Assembly (NCBI GenBank): GCA_964384035.1
Contig: CAYLIB010000001.1
Span: 135,636 to 199,635, forward strand
Origin: an uncultured Candidatus Saccharibacteria bacterium
GTDB lineage: Bacteria > Patescibacteriota > Doudnabacteria > UBA920
Direction: 5' to 3'
DNA: 64,000 bases
The position numbers and the translations under genes were made by a program. Of this stretch, positions 1-10,200 are shown piece by piece (position 1 is the first letter of the stretch; the number at the start of each line of letters is the position of its first letter). The notes beneath the pieces were generated by a model. That model was not told where the DNA came from. It worked only from the letters and a program-made list of their open reading frames with translations, and did no database searches.

Positions 1-156
1 CAAGAGGATGTGTGGTACGCCGAAGAAGTATCCATGGTAACAAAAGAAGATAAAAGACGCTGGTCACTTTACTACCTAGGAACAGCACTCTTCCTCGGCT
101 TACTTTATTTTCTCTCCCTTTACCTAAAACCACTACTGTCTATTGGAGACATATAG
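1..156 (+). CDS. 3' end of a membrane protein (partial, truncated by window edge)
   Basis: Frame 1 is open to TAG at 154-156 (...RRWSLYYLGTALFLGLLYFLSLYLKPLLSIGDI*), with a hydrophobic TM stretch, and is followed by a terminator. Confidence 0.6.
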   Translation, partial: QEDVWYAEEVSMVTKEDKRRWSLYYLGTALFLGLLYFLSLYLKPLLSIGDI

Positions 157-163
157 TCAAACT

Positions 164-202
164 AAAACCGCGAAACTAGATTAAGTTTCGCGGCGTTTTT
201 TA
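164..202. terminator. Bidirectional intrinsic terminator
   Basis: Hairpin ccgcgaaact-agatta-agtttcgcgg flanked by A/T tracts, between convergent genes. Confidence 0.8.
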
Positions 203-1510
203 TTGGTTAGTCGGTATTGTTGGTGGGGGAGTTATTGGTGGAATGCCTACTGTAGGGTTAACTGGTTTAGTATCCAACTTTTCTTCTTTATGAAACAGTG
301 CAGGGGGTAAATAAACAGACTTGAATTCATCATGCTTCTCTTTACCATCTTTTATTACCGTCCTCTCCCAAATTGCCTTCATAGAACCATCACTTTTTCT
401 ATCGTACTGTACTGGTTTCTTTAGCTGTACAACTCGGTTATCTTTCGTGCCATAGAAATCAAACGCCAGGTTGTCTTTATCTACTAAATATGGCCATATT
501 AGAATACTTCCTGTCGTATCGTTCTTAAACCTAAAATCTATTCCACCACAGTAAGTAGTTGCATCGCTTCCTTGAGGGGAATAATACTGCACCGCATACG
601 AATGGTTCTTCCTCATAGTAATTGGCAAACCCGCCTTCATAGCCGCACGGTAGGTCGTAGAGGACACTTGGCACAAACCTCCACCATACTCTGGGACAGT
701 TCCTTCATCTGCACCTTTTATCACAAGCTCCGGAAGCCAACCACCCTCTTTATCTACAGGGCAAATGTTTTTATTGAAACTAAACTCTTCTCCTGGTGCA
801 ATTATCATTCCTCTGAGTCTAGACACCCCAATATTTATATTGTGCCTTCTGTTTTTAGGACTACCTCTGAAGTTTGATTCTCCTCTTGAAAGCAGGGTGT
901 CAATTCCAAGATCGTTTATTTCAGAGAGTTTTTTAGTCGGTGGTTCAATAACTGTAGTGGCCAAAACCTTAGTCTCGTTGTTTTGTAGCTTAGAAATAAT
1001 TTCCTCTGTTGTCTTCTTGTAGTCTACTAACAAACCATCGACAGGAGGAACAAAATTTTTAGCCCTACCACCCTCAATTTCGAGTATTGGTTCTTGGCTA
1101 GGCCTTACATAGTTTTTTGTGTTACTTATTACCCAGTTATATATAGGATTGGGGTCATAGTAATAGCTTGTCTGAGGAACCTGCACCGGCTTGTCTGGTA
1201 ACCCCGCAAAATATCTATTCGCAGACTCAGCTGTGTCTGTGGAAATCATGTTTCTGTCTATGTTCGGAAGAGTAACAGGATTCCTTAAGGGCTTAAGAAG
1301 CTCTTTGGGTAGAATAATTTGTTTAGCTTGAGGTTTACAACCAGAACAATTTAGGAGTATTTCAACTCCATTTTCTAGTATCTCTGTGGGTCTGGTAACA
1401 TCCACGGTTTGAGCGTAGGCAGGAGTGCTTTCGCCCACACAAAAACCCATTGCTATCAAAGACAAGAAAACTAAAATCCTAATCTTCAAATATTTTCTGT
1501 TTTTTCTCAT
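200..1510 (-). CDS. VanW family protein (N-terminal membrane anchor)
   Basis: VanW motifs R.HNI, PGEEFSFN, YGGGLCQVSSTTYRAA, R.NHSY.V.YY, DAT, DFRFKND. Confidence 0.9.
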   Translation of the reverse strand: MRKNRKYLKIRILVFLSLIAMGFCVGESTPAYAQTVDVTRPTEILENGVEILLNCSGCKPQAKQIILPKELLKPLRNPVTLPNIDRNMISTDTAESANRYFAGLPDKPVQVPQTSYYYDPNPIYNWVISNTKNYVRPSQEPILEIEGGRAKNFVPPVDGLLVDYKKTTEEIISKLQNNETKVLATTVIEPPTKKLSEINDLGIDTLLSRGESNFRGSPKNRRHNINIGVSRLRGMIIAPGEEFSFNKNICPVDKEGGWLPELVIKGADEGTVPEYGGGLCQVSSTTYRAAMKAGLPITMRKNHSYAVQYYSPQGSDATTYCGGIDFRFKNDTTGSILIWPYLVDKDNLAFDFYGTKDNRVVQLKKPVQYDRKSDGSMKAIWERTVIKDGKEKHDEFKSVYLPPALFHKEEKLDTKPVNPTVGIPPITPPPTIPTNQ

Positions 1511-1943
1511 TTTTTATTTCAATATATATCGTAGATTTTGGAAGAGCATGCTTAACTTTATCTGCCCACTCTATGAAAATCACAGCCTTAGGGTCATTAA
1601 ATAACTCAGCTATTCCTAATTGTAAAAATTCACTAGGATGCTTTAGACGATATACGTCTAAATGGTGTAGTTCTACTTCGGTCTCACTTCCCACAAGCAA
1701 GCCGGAATGTGTAGTCATGATAACAAAAGTCGGACTTGTTACATTGCTTTTCACCCGAAGTTCGCTTGCTATAAGTTTTACAAACGTAGTCTTTCCAGCC
1801 CCTAAGTTTCCTACCAAACCGAAGACCTCTCCACCCTTTATGTCTCCAGCTAGTTTTTTCGCCAAAACAGGCAGTTCGTCTATAACAACCTGGATATCTG
1901 GTAATTCTCTATTCTTCTTTGGTTTCTTTTGGGTTCTTTTCAT
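1479..1943 (-). CDS. tsaE: tRNA threonylcarbamoyladenosine biosynthesis ATPase TsaE
   Basis: GNLGAGKTT, VTSPTF, HLDVYRL and IEWA motifs. Confidence 0.95.
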   Translation of the reverse strand: MKRTQKKPKKNRELPDIQVVIDELPVLAKKLAGDIKGGEVFGLVGNLGAGKTTFVKLIASELRVKSNVTSPTFVIMTTHSGLLVGSETEVELHHLDVYRLKHPSEFLQLGIAELFNDPKAVIFIEWADKVKHALPKSTIYIEIKNEKKQKIFED

Positions 1944-2148
1944 CTAATCAACTAAGTATATAAATTCTACCTACGTTGACTTCAGATGTAAAATTCCCTA
2001 TATTACCTAGCTTGCCAGAAAAAGAAGCGGAAACCGCTCTTTTTTTGTCTATTTTTACCCTTTTGCTATGATTGAATAGAGCTCGCCAAGAGGGTATATT
2101 GTTGCTAAATATGCGACGCTCCCCCTCATTTGAACAAAACTTTGTATT

Positions 2149-3303
2149 ATGGATGAAAAAATTGTTGAATCAGCAGTAGATAGAGTAAAAAATAGTAGTC
2201 GAATACTCATTTGCCTACCCAAATTTGTTACTCCCGAAATAGGTGCTACCGGTATTGCGGTTGCGGACTTTTTGAAGTCCCTAGGAAAAACCGTAACACT
2301 AAGTAGCCAAGAAGAACTGCCAAGCGAAATCGCATTTTTAGGTGGAAGCAGGGTGGGCAACATATCTTCTCTTACCGAAAAAAAATTAACCATCCAAGTA
2401 AATACAAAAGAGACCAAACTAGGAGAACTTACTTACGAAACCCTCGCTGATACTGCAGTTATTTATCTAACCCCAAAAGAAGGTGAATTCAAAGAATCAG
2501 ATGTAACGGTAATTTCAAAGTTAGAAAAACCAGAATGCATAATAACAATCGGAGCTACCAACCTAGAAGACCTTGGTGACCTCTATTCAAGCTCAGCAAA
2601 CCTTTTCTTTGAAACACCAATCATTAATATAGATGTAGAAGCCACCAATGAGTATTACGGAGCCCTAAATTTAGTAGATGTTACTCAAATTTCTGTCTCT
2701 GAGGTAGTCTATGAATTACTAGCCAGGTTGGATTCTGAAAAAATTTCCCCAAAAATAGCAACAGCCCTTCTCTCAGGAATAATTTCTAAGACACATAGTT
2801 TCCAAGACGTAAGAACAACACCTAAATCTTTTACGGTCGCAGCAAAACTTATGGACCTAGGTGGAGACCACCAAGAAGCAGTGCAGTACATCTATAAAAC
2901 AAAACCACTTGCGCTCTTGCAGGTTTGGGGTAGGGCATTGGCTCGCCTAAAGTCAGGCGACACTCCAGGGGTCTTAGTTTCGACTCTTACTCAACTCGAT
3001 TTAGATAAAACCGACTTCGAGAACTCAAACGTAAGACCCGAAAGTGTTCTCCACGAACTTTTAGACAATATATCTGGATTCAAAATAGTAGCACTACTAT
3101 TAGAACAAGATCAGCAAATAGATGCTTATTTAGCACTTCATCCACAAATCCACCAGGAAAAAATTACTTCAAGCATTCCAAGCACAGGAATAGTAAGTAC
3201 CTCTTTCAACTTTTACACCCTAGTTACTCTTTCCTTTATGGACCAGTCGCTAAGCGAAGCTGAAGAAGCGCTAAACAAAACTTTTGAACAGCTTCTTGGT
3301 TAG
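2149..3303 (+). CDS. DHH-family (NrnA-like) phosphoesterase, degenerate CPR type
   Basis: NrnA-like segments PIINID...NEYYGALNLVD and IATALLSGIISKTHSF; the canonical DHH is replaced by DVE, so it may be inactive. Confidence 0.75.
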   Translation: MDEKIVESAVDRVKNSSRILICLPKFVTPEIGATGIAVADFLKSLGKTVTLSSQEELPSEIAFLGGSRVGNISSLTEKKLTIQVNTKETKLGELTYETLADTAVIYLTPKEGEFKESDVTVISKLEKPECIITIGATNLEDLGDLYSSSANLFFETPIINIDVEATNEYYGALNLVDVTQISVSEVVYELLARLDSEKISPKIATALLSGIISKTHSFQDVRTTPKSFTVAAKLMDLGGDHQEAVQYIYKTKPLALLQVWGRALARLKSGDTPGVLVSTLTQLDLDKTDFENSNVRPESVLHELLDNISGFKIVALLLEQDQQIDAYLALHPQIHQEKITSSIPSTGIVSTSFNFYTLVTLSFMDQSLSEAEEALNKTFEQLLG

Positions 3304-3311
3304 TAACTTCT

Positions 3312-3342
3312 AAAAATAACCCTTCAGGAGGGTTATTTTTTT
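3312..3342 (+). terminator. Intrinsic terminator
   Basis: aaaaataaccct-tcagg-agggttattttt followed by a T tract. Confidence 0.8.
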
Positions 3343-3388
3343 ATGCATAACTTGTTACTTTTTACATGTAACTCTAGAATAAGAAGGT

Positions 3389-5035
3389 ATGGCAAACTCT
3401 TTTTTACACGATCCAAAAAAACTAGATACTGCACTAGGCGAATTCAATCGCAAGCTTCAAGAAGAAGAAGCTGTCTATCAGGCAAAGCAGTCTGGTCTAC
3501 CATATATGAATTTTAGAAATTTTCCGGTAGACCTTTCCGTATTGAGCATGCTCACTTTTGAGGAAGCAAAAACAGCAGAGAGTGTTGTTTTCTACAAAGA
3601 CAAGAATGATCTCAGAATAGCAACCATAAATCCAAGCAACACACTTCTCGCAAACAAATTAGCCGAGTGGAAACAAAAGTATCAAACAAGTATATATGTA
3701 ATTTCAAAAGTAAACTTTGAATCAGTCCTAAAATTCTATCAAAAAGTAACAGGGCCGGGTGCAAGTAGGGACGAGACCATTAGGGTACTTAAAAAAGAAG
3801 ATTTAGACGAAGACTTCTATGCCCTAAAAGACAATATTTTACAGAACACTCTTACACACACAGAAATTCTCACCCGAGTTTTTGGAGCAGCTGTGTTTTT
3901 AGGTGCTTCCGATATTCACCTGGAACCAGAAAACGAATTTATAAAAGTAAGATTCAGAATAGACGGAGTTCTTCAAGATGTATTGCATTTCCAAAAAACC
4001 CTCCAAAAACCATTGGTTTCAAGAATAAAAATTCAGAGCAAAATAAAACTTAACGTAGAAAACGTCCCCCAAGATGGAAGAATTGGTTTTTTCTACCAAA
4101 ATACTCCCATAGACGTGCGTGTTTCCACACTTCCCTCTGCTTTTGGTGAAAGCATTGTTATGCGTCTATTAAACTCCAGTAGTCTGACCGTGGGTTTCAA
4201 CGACCTTGGGTTTACAGGGAGAGCAAGAGAAGTTGTCTATACCGAGCTAAAAAAACCAAACGGGATGATTATTACCACAGGCCCCACCGGAAGCGGTAAA
4301 ACCACCACGCTATATACTTTCTTAAAAGAACTCAACGAACCCGGTGTAAAAATTATTACTATAGAGGACCCAGTCGAATACAAACTAGAAGGAATAACCC
4401 AAACCCCAATAGACCACAATGCCAACTACGACTTTAGCAAAGCCCTTCGGGCAATTCTCAGGCAAGACCCAGACATTGTGATGGTAGGAGAAATTAGAGA
4501 CGGAGAAACCGCAGATACAGCAGCACAAGCCGCCCTCACTGGTCACGTCGTACTAAGCACACTCCACACTAACGACGCAGCCGGAGCAGTGCCAAGACTA
4601 TACAACATGGGTGTTAAACCATTTGTTCTCGGTCCTGCCCTAAACTGTGTCATTGCACAGCGGCTTGTTAGAAAAATTTGCTCTTATTGTAAAACCCAGG
4701 ATATCCCGGACGAAAAAATTCTAGCTAGAGTGAAGGCAATTCTAGGCACCGTCCCAGAAAAAAGTGGTATAAAAGTTCCAGCCGAACTAAAATTTCAAAA
4801 GTCTCCTGGTTGTGACCGCTGTCACAAACTTGGCTACAAAGGCCGAATCGGAATATTTGAAGTTATAGAAATAAACGACGAGATGCGCGAGCTAATCTCC
4901 ACCGAACCCTCAATGGTTCAAGTAAAAAAACTAGCTATCGCCAACGGAATGCTTACATTAGTTCAAGACGGACTACTAAAAGCCCTAGACGGTATAACCG
5001 ACATAAACGAAGTCTTCCGCGTAGCAGGGGAGTAG
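3389..5035 (+). CDS. pilB: GspE/PulE/PilB family type IV pilus assembly ATPase
   Basis: ASDIHLEP, RFRIDGVL, PQDGR, Walker A GPTGSGKTTT, TIEDPVEY, LRQDPD.VMVGEIRD, GH.VLSTLHTN and two CxxC motifs. Confidence 0.9.
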   Translation: MANSFLHDPKKLDTALGEFNRKLQEEEAVYQAKQSGLPYMNFRNFPVDLSVLSMLTFEEAKTAESVVFYKDKNDLRIATINPSNTLLANKLAEWKQKYQTSIYVISKVNFESVLKFYQKVTGPGASRDETIRVLKKEDLDEDFYALKDNILQNTLTHTEILTRVFGAAVFLGASDIHLEPENEFIKVRFRIDGVLQDVLHFQKTLQKPLVSRIKIQSKIKLNVENVPQDGRIGFFYQNTPIDVRVSTLPSAFGESIVMRLLNSSSLTVGFNDLGFTGRAREVVYTELKKPNGMIITTGPTGSGKTTTLYTFLKELNEPGVKIITIEDPVEYKLEGITQTPIDHNANYDFSKALRAILRQDPDIVMVGEIRDGETADTAAQAALTGHVVLSTLHTNDAAGAVPRLYNMGVKPFVLGPALNCVIAQRLVRKICSYCKTQDIPDEKILARVKAILGTVPEKSGIKVPAELKFQKSPGCDRCHKLGYKGRIGIFEVIEINDEMRELISTEPSMVQVKKLAIANGMLTLVQDGLLKALDGITDINEVFRVAGE

Positions 5036-5050
5036 GAAAAAACCAAAAAC

Positions 5051-5087
5051 AAAAGACTCTTCGCTTTTAGCGAAAGAGTCTTTTTTT
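5051..5087 (+). terminator. Intrinsic terminator
   Basis: aaaagactcttcgc-tttta-gcgaaagagtc-ttttttt. Confidence 0.8.
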
Positions 5088-5147
5088 GTTTTCAACAAAA
5101 ACCCAATAAAAATGGGGTGTAGGTTTTTTTCTACACGGTCAAAATTT

Positions 5148-5285
5148 TAATCCACAAGTTACGCAATTGGATTCTGGTAAACAATCATAATGTGAAACAG
5201 AGAAACACTATGTGGATATCATGTGTCCATAGGATATTCATAACCTATACACACTTATACACAAGTTATTAACAACAGTGGATAA
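5148..5285. promoter_or_regulatory. Cluster of DnaA-box-like 9-mers
   Basis: taatccaca 5148, tgtggatat 5211, ctatacaca 5245, ttatacaca 5255, ttattaaca 5266 and agtggataa 5277, compared with consensus TTWTNCACA. Confidence 0.5.
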
Positions 5286-5300
5286 AAAAAGACCAGTCTA

Positions 5301-6047
5301 TTACTGGTCTATAACAACCTCGTATCCGGATTTCTCTAAGTGGTCGATTATCAACTCTTTTATATCCGCAAATTTTTTTTGTGGCATACGCACTATGAAC
5401 GTATGGGGATGATCTTCATTTGGCTCAAGATACACTTCCACCTCATCATCTGCTTCAATCGCATCCAACAGGTCTGATGAAAACTCTGATAGCGAACCTC
5501 GTCGCGCGAGAGGAAAGTCTATGTCGAACTGTACTTCCACAAACTCTTTCCCGTCTGTGTTCTGGACTATCATCGCAAAAGCCAAACGAGCTTTTCTTTT
5601 GAATTTTTCTGTGCTCACTTTAGGGTGTAATCCGAAATGCTTCATACACATACTATTTACATAAGCTATTCCATCTGAATCACTTACGTTCGTAGTAAAT
5701 TGAACTAAAAAAGCAGTTTCGCTCATGGACCCAACCTCGTAAAGATTCTTAATTACTCGAGGTGTTTTCCAAAGATCTTCATAAAAATCCTCAGCTTTCT
5801 TGGTATTTCGACCAGAGGGTTGCTTGAGAATCTCTTCTGGAAGCGTAAATCCGTATAGCTGGTTACTAAGTACACGAGTTTTGGGGATCTGGGCGAAGGT
5901 TGTAGCATTCAGTATAAGTAACATGCATACAGCTTGAGTCAGTCCTGCTATAAAATGCTCGACCAACTCGGTCTTAAGAATAAACCTAACTATCTTGCGA
6001 GTTTTCATAAGATAATTATTCCTCCAGTTGAATATATGGAATCTCAA
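5301..6047 (-). CDS. Hypothetical protein (possible signal/TM segment; true start may be downstream)
   Basis: 248-aa ORF with no recognisable motif. Confidence 0.65.
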   Translation of the reverse strand: MRFHIFNWRNNYLMKTRKIVRFILKTELVEHFIAGLTQAVCMLLILNATTFAQIPKTRVLSNQLYGFTLPEEILKQPSGRNTKKAEDFYEDLWKTPRVIKNLYEVGSMSETAFLVQFTTNVSDSDGIAYVNSMCMKHFGLHPKVSTEKFKRKARLAFAMIVQNTDGKEFVEVQFDIDFPLARRGSLSEFSSDLLDAIEADDEVEVYLEPNEDHPHTFIVRMPQKKFADIKELIIDHLEKSGYEVVIDQ

Positions 6048-6174
6048 TTGCCAATATTAACAATACCTAACCTAGTCTGTCTAACTTATAATCATATAAA
6101 CTTAAAACACAATGTTAATTATATAGCCAAAAACAAAAAAACCCTTTAAATAAGGGATTAATTAAGCAATACTA

Positions 6175-6203
6175 TTGACAAATATCCAAATTTCTGATAT
6201 ACT
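6175..6203 (+). promoter_or_regulatory. sigma70-type promoter
   Basis: TTGACA-17 nt-TATACT. Confidence 0.65.
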
Positions 6204-6318
6204 AACACTTAAATTAAATAAGAAAAGAATTATTTCCACACCTTTTATTTCAAGCCCACATTTAGAAAATGATGTAAAACACGAAATCCTGTGGCTAGAA
6301 AGTAAGAATAAATAAAAG

Positions 6319-6412
6319 GGGTGCAAATACTCTGTACATACCTTCACCGTTTCAACTCATAAACAAGGAAACAGGTTGCAAGATTTATGTGCAGAGTATT
6401 TGCACCCTTTTT
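6319..6412. ncRNA. Candidate small RNA / long hairpin
   Basis: 22-bp inverted repeat (6319-6340 vs 6386-6407, one G-U pair) with additional internal pairing, lying between facing promoters. Confidence 0.4.
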
Positions 6413-6537
6413 GATTATCTATTATACACAAGTCTCAGATTTTTTCAAGCCAATACCCATTTACAGATTTAGATTAATGTATTATTTTTACCTACTATTA
6501 AAATTTGCTACTATTTAACAGAAGGGGGGGAAAGATA

Positions 6538-6882
6538 ATGAGGCCAGAAAAAAACAAACCAGTAAACAATCGGTTTGATGAATATGGAAAACCAAACTTC
6601 TCTGCGTACGTAAAAAGCCTAGCCACTAACAGAAAAACGATACGCGATAATAGCTTTCAAGCAGAGGCTACTATTTATTTTTGGTGGAAGCGGCAAATTT
6701 CACACATTTGGAATGATGAAGAAGTTCAATACTTCGAAGTACTAGAGAACGACTGTATGGTTGTAGGTATCATACTTTTTCACCCGCTTTGGGAGTTAAA
6801 GATGCTTATAACAGAACCACACCTCGCAGATGTGCTGCTTATGAAAATTTATTCCCAGAATTTAGAATTTCAAGAACAATAA
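6538..6882 (+). CDS. Hypothetical protein
   Basis: ORF 6505-6882; ATG at 6538 follows a G-rich SD-like run. Confidence 0.55.
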   Translation: MRPEKNKPVNNRFDEYGKPNFSAYVKSLATNRKTIRDNSFQAEATIYFWWKRQISHIWNDEEVQYFEVLENDCMVVGIILFHPLWELKMLITEPHLADVLLMKIYSQNLEFQEQ

Positions 6883-7244
6883 AGTCTTGAATTTTTTTTT
6901 ATTCTATGCTATAATACGAGTAACGTTTCAATAAATTATTGGCGAAGATCAAAATAATCAACGCCAATTCGAAACAAAAACACAATTAATTAAGCGCTAT
7001 GAACACTGGCACGTAAAGGCTCCGTTGCCAAACTCGCTTTTGAGTTAATATTCAATTATTTCAAACGAAAAATTTTAACGCAATGAACGTAATTACGGTA
7101 AAAATTTTTTGAAAGTTTGCAGCCGAAGTAATTGAAAATTAGACAAAATGGAGTTTGACAACAGAGCCGTATGCTCACGCGCAAGTATTTATAGCCGAAA
7201 GCTATACCCCTCAAGCCAAAATTAGCTAGAGGGCGAAAACAAAA

Positions 7245-10200
7245 ATGGAATACCATCCAATGTTTCCAAAGCAGGGGAGTATCAATACCCCAGCTAGACC
7301 CAAACCCTCATTAGGGTCCTTGTTAGTGGAAATAGTAAACGAAAAAGTTCACAGCGGATTAGCAGCCGCTTCCTTGGCTTTTATGTTTTTATTAGTCGGT
7401 TCAATTTCTCTAACTCTACCAGTCGACCCGAGTTTTAGCACTGGTTATCCCAGCTCGTACGCTAGTATTGCTAAGGCGAAAGCAATTGTTCTTGGTGACT
7501 CTACTACTTTACCATCAGGAACCGTTTATCCAGATGCTCGAACAGTATCGCCTGTAAAATGTCGCGGCGGACAATTACAGAATGGCCAGTTTTGTGTTTA
7601 CAGCTTCATAGATTTTAGTACCGGACAACACTTTGTTTATCCAGCTCCTGAGACTGCCACTAACCAAAATCCTTACATAACTTCCACTATTAACAACGAT
7701 TGGGACAAAGGTGTAATAAAAGGTACAAGCGGAAGAAAAGACAATATATCCATAAGGTGGGTAGGAAACATTGAGTTCAAAAAAGGTTTATATGCTTTTA
7801 GTACGCGAAGCGATGACGGTATTCGCATAAGTGTAAATTCATCACGTATTAATCTATCTGCTACTAACGGTACGTCAGTGCAGGCTTATGCGGACCACGG
7901 TCCAACAGATTTTAAAGGTTATGTATATATAGAAACCCCAGGAACAAAAGAAATAGTCGTTGAATATTATGAAAATACCGGGCTCGCTGTAGCCAAAGTA
8001 TCCTTGAATGAATACCTAGGTGATCCCCTTGCAAAAGGCGGCTCATCTACAAGTCTAATACCAAACGCAAAAAACTACGCAGAGTTGCTTGGGGTAACCC
8101 ACGTTGCCGGTAATTATAGATTCACTAACAAAACTTTCCTCGAGGAAGGCACAGATGCTGTTGCTGAAACCGGAGCAAGAACGATTGGAATTTGGATGGG
8201 GCCAGACTATCAAAAACAGTACCATGATTCTAACCTGCCAGCAGGAATAACCAGCCTAAAAGCACTTGCTGAAACAAGTCCTTTTAAATCTGTTTTTGCA
8301 AATAGCAATTTTGATACATATATATTAACCACTTATACCTTCAGTAACTTCTTCAATACTTTTGATGGCAGCTGGAATTCCCCAATAAATCAAAGTATAT
8401 ATAACAAAGAAGTAATTGAAATGAAGGATTTGGCTGTTTATCTAAGCCAAACATACCCAAATAAAAAGTTCATTCTAAAAAATTGGGAAGGGGACTGGCA
8501 GGTTCAAGGCAATTTCGCTCTAAATGGCAGCGAAGCTATCCCAAGCAACTCTAGAATAGAAGCTATGACAAATTGGTTGAGGGCAAGACAGGAGGGTGTA
8601 GTTCAAGCCAGAACCCAGACTGGTAAAAATAATATTTATCATGCCGTTGAATTTAACAGTTTAAGAAAGTGTGATTCCAACGGACAGAACTGTCTTCTTA
8701 CTCGAACAAACCTCTTAAACAACGTTATAGGAAACGTAGACAGCGACCTCCTCTCTTATTCTGCTTACGGAACAACAAACGGAGGAGATAGAGAAAAAAT
8801 ATTCTCAGATATTCAATATATTAAATCACACCCCTCAGCAAAATCCAGAAATCTTATCCTTTCAGAGTTCGTGGCGATTGGTGGTCAAGATAATGTTCAA
8901 ATGTTAAAGAACCAAGCTAAGGCATTTTTAGATGCAGGTGTGGTAAGGGCAATTTATTGGGAAATCTATGACAATGTTTGCGCCCTAAATTCAACCGGGA
9001 CTGCACAGCTAGACCCAAACTGTGTTTCTTTTGGACTTATAGATAGAACCGGAGCTAGAACTCCCCAGTTCAATACATTAAAAGACCTTATTTCATCTTC
9101 ATCACAGCAAAGTTATTCTATTTTAGGAATTCAGCGTTTCAATCAAAACCTGACTGGTAATCAATCATATATTAACACCGACGAAATGGTAGTGGGTCAG
9201 TATATGCTTTTATATGGTACGTTCCCTTCTACTGGTGCTGAAGTCTGGATCGGCGGCGAGCAGGTACCAGCTTCAAATGTTGCAGCAGCACTTTCGACTA
9301 GTGCAACCACAAACCAGATAAATGTAAAAATCGATAAACAGTACTACGCCCAAGCTTCTCCAACCGGCTTTTATCCGGTAGTCGTAAAGAAGAATGGTGT
9401 TAGTTCAAACGAAAAGTTAATTAGATATCAAAGTTCTCAAACCACTACTTTAACATGTCCAACCCCACAAAATATTAATGGGATTGTTACCTCATGTTAT
9501 TACAACGACAAAGCCCCAGTATACGCACATTTTCAGTCAGTCGATTTAGTAGAAACAAGAATAACCGACGGTCCAACCCAGGACGGTTATATGTTTAATA
9601 AAGATTGGGCAAAAAATACACCGGGTTCCAAAATAAACCCAGATCATTTTTCAGCTACATACCAGGGATATTTTCCTTTCGATGGGGGAGAGTATAAGTT
9701 TACAGCACGCACCGACGACGGTATGCGCGTATGGATAGAAGCATCTGGTGTTGCTTATACTGTTTTAGACAAATTTACAGACCAGGGCGCAACGACCTAC
9801 ACCAACACAATTAAATTACCCGCAGGTAGTCACCTTGTAAAAGTTGAGTATTATGAAAATGTAGGTGATGCTGTAGCAAGTCTAAGATGGGACAAGTTAA
9901 CTCCTATAGAAACAACTAAAGAAATAAATAGTGTCACCGTCTCTCCTTACACAACCCCAGCAGGCCAGAGTGGGTACATTAAAGGTTATCCAATCGGTGT
10001 ATCTTGGACTGCTTCCAATATTACCAACGGCTATACTGTTGAATTAATGTTTAACGATAGTGGTACAGCAAGGGGTGTCGGAATTCTTTCGAGTAGGACG
10101 ACCTCAAGCAGTGGTAGCTATTCATTGCCCACAAGTATTGGTACAGGCGGAGCTTTCTTTGTAAGAGTATGTGAATATACAACCGGAACTTGTTCCAATG

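Noticed and set aside
6319-6412. SRP RNA or 6S RNA identity for the long hairpin
   Set aside because: It lacks the SRP domain IV GGAA-loop motif and is too short, without the central bubble typical of 6S.
6920-7245. Known riboswitch (e.g. c-di-GMP-I, TPP, SAM) in the PA14-gene leader
   Set aside because: I could not match the consensus cores; it is kept only as an unassigned structured leader.
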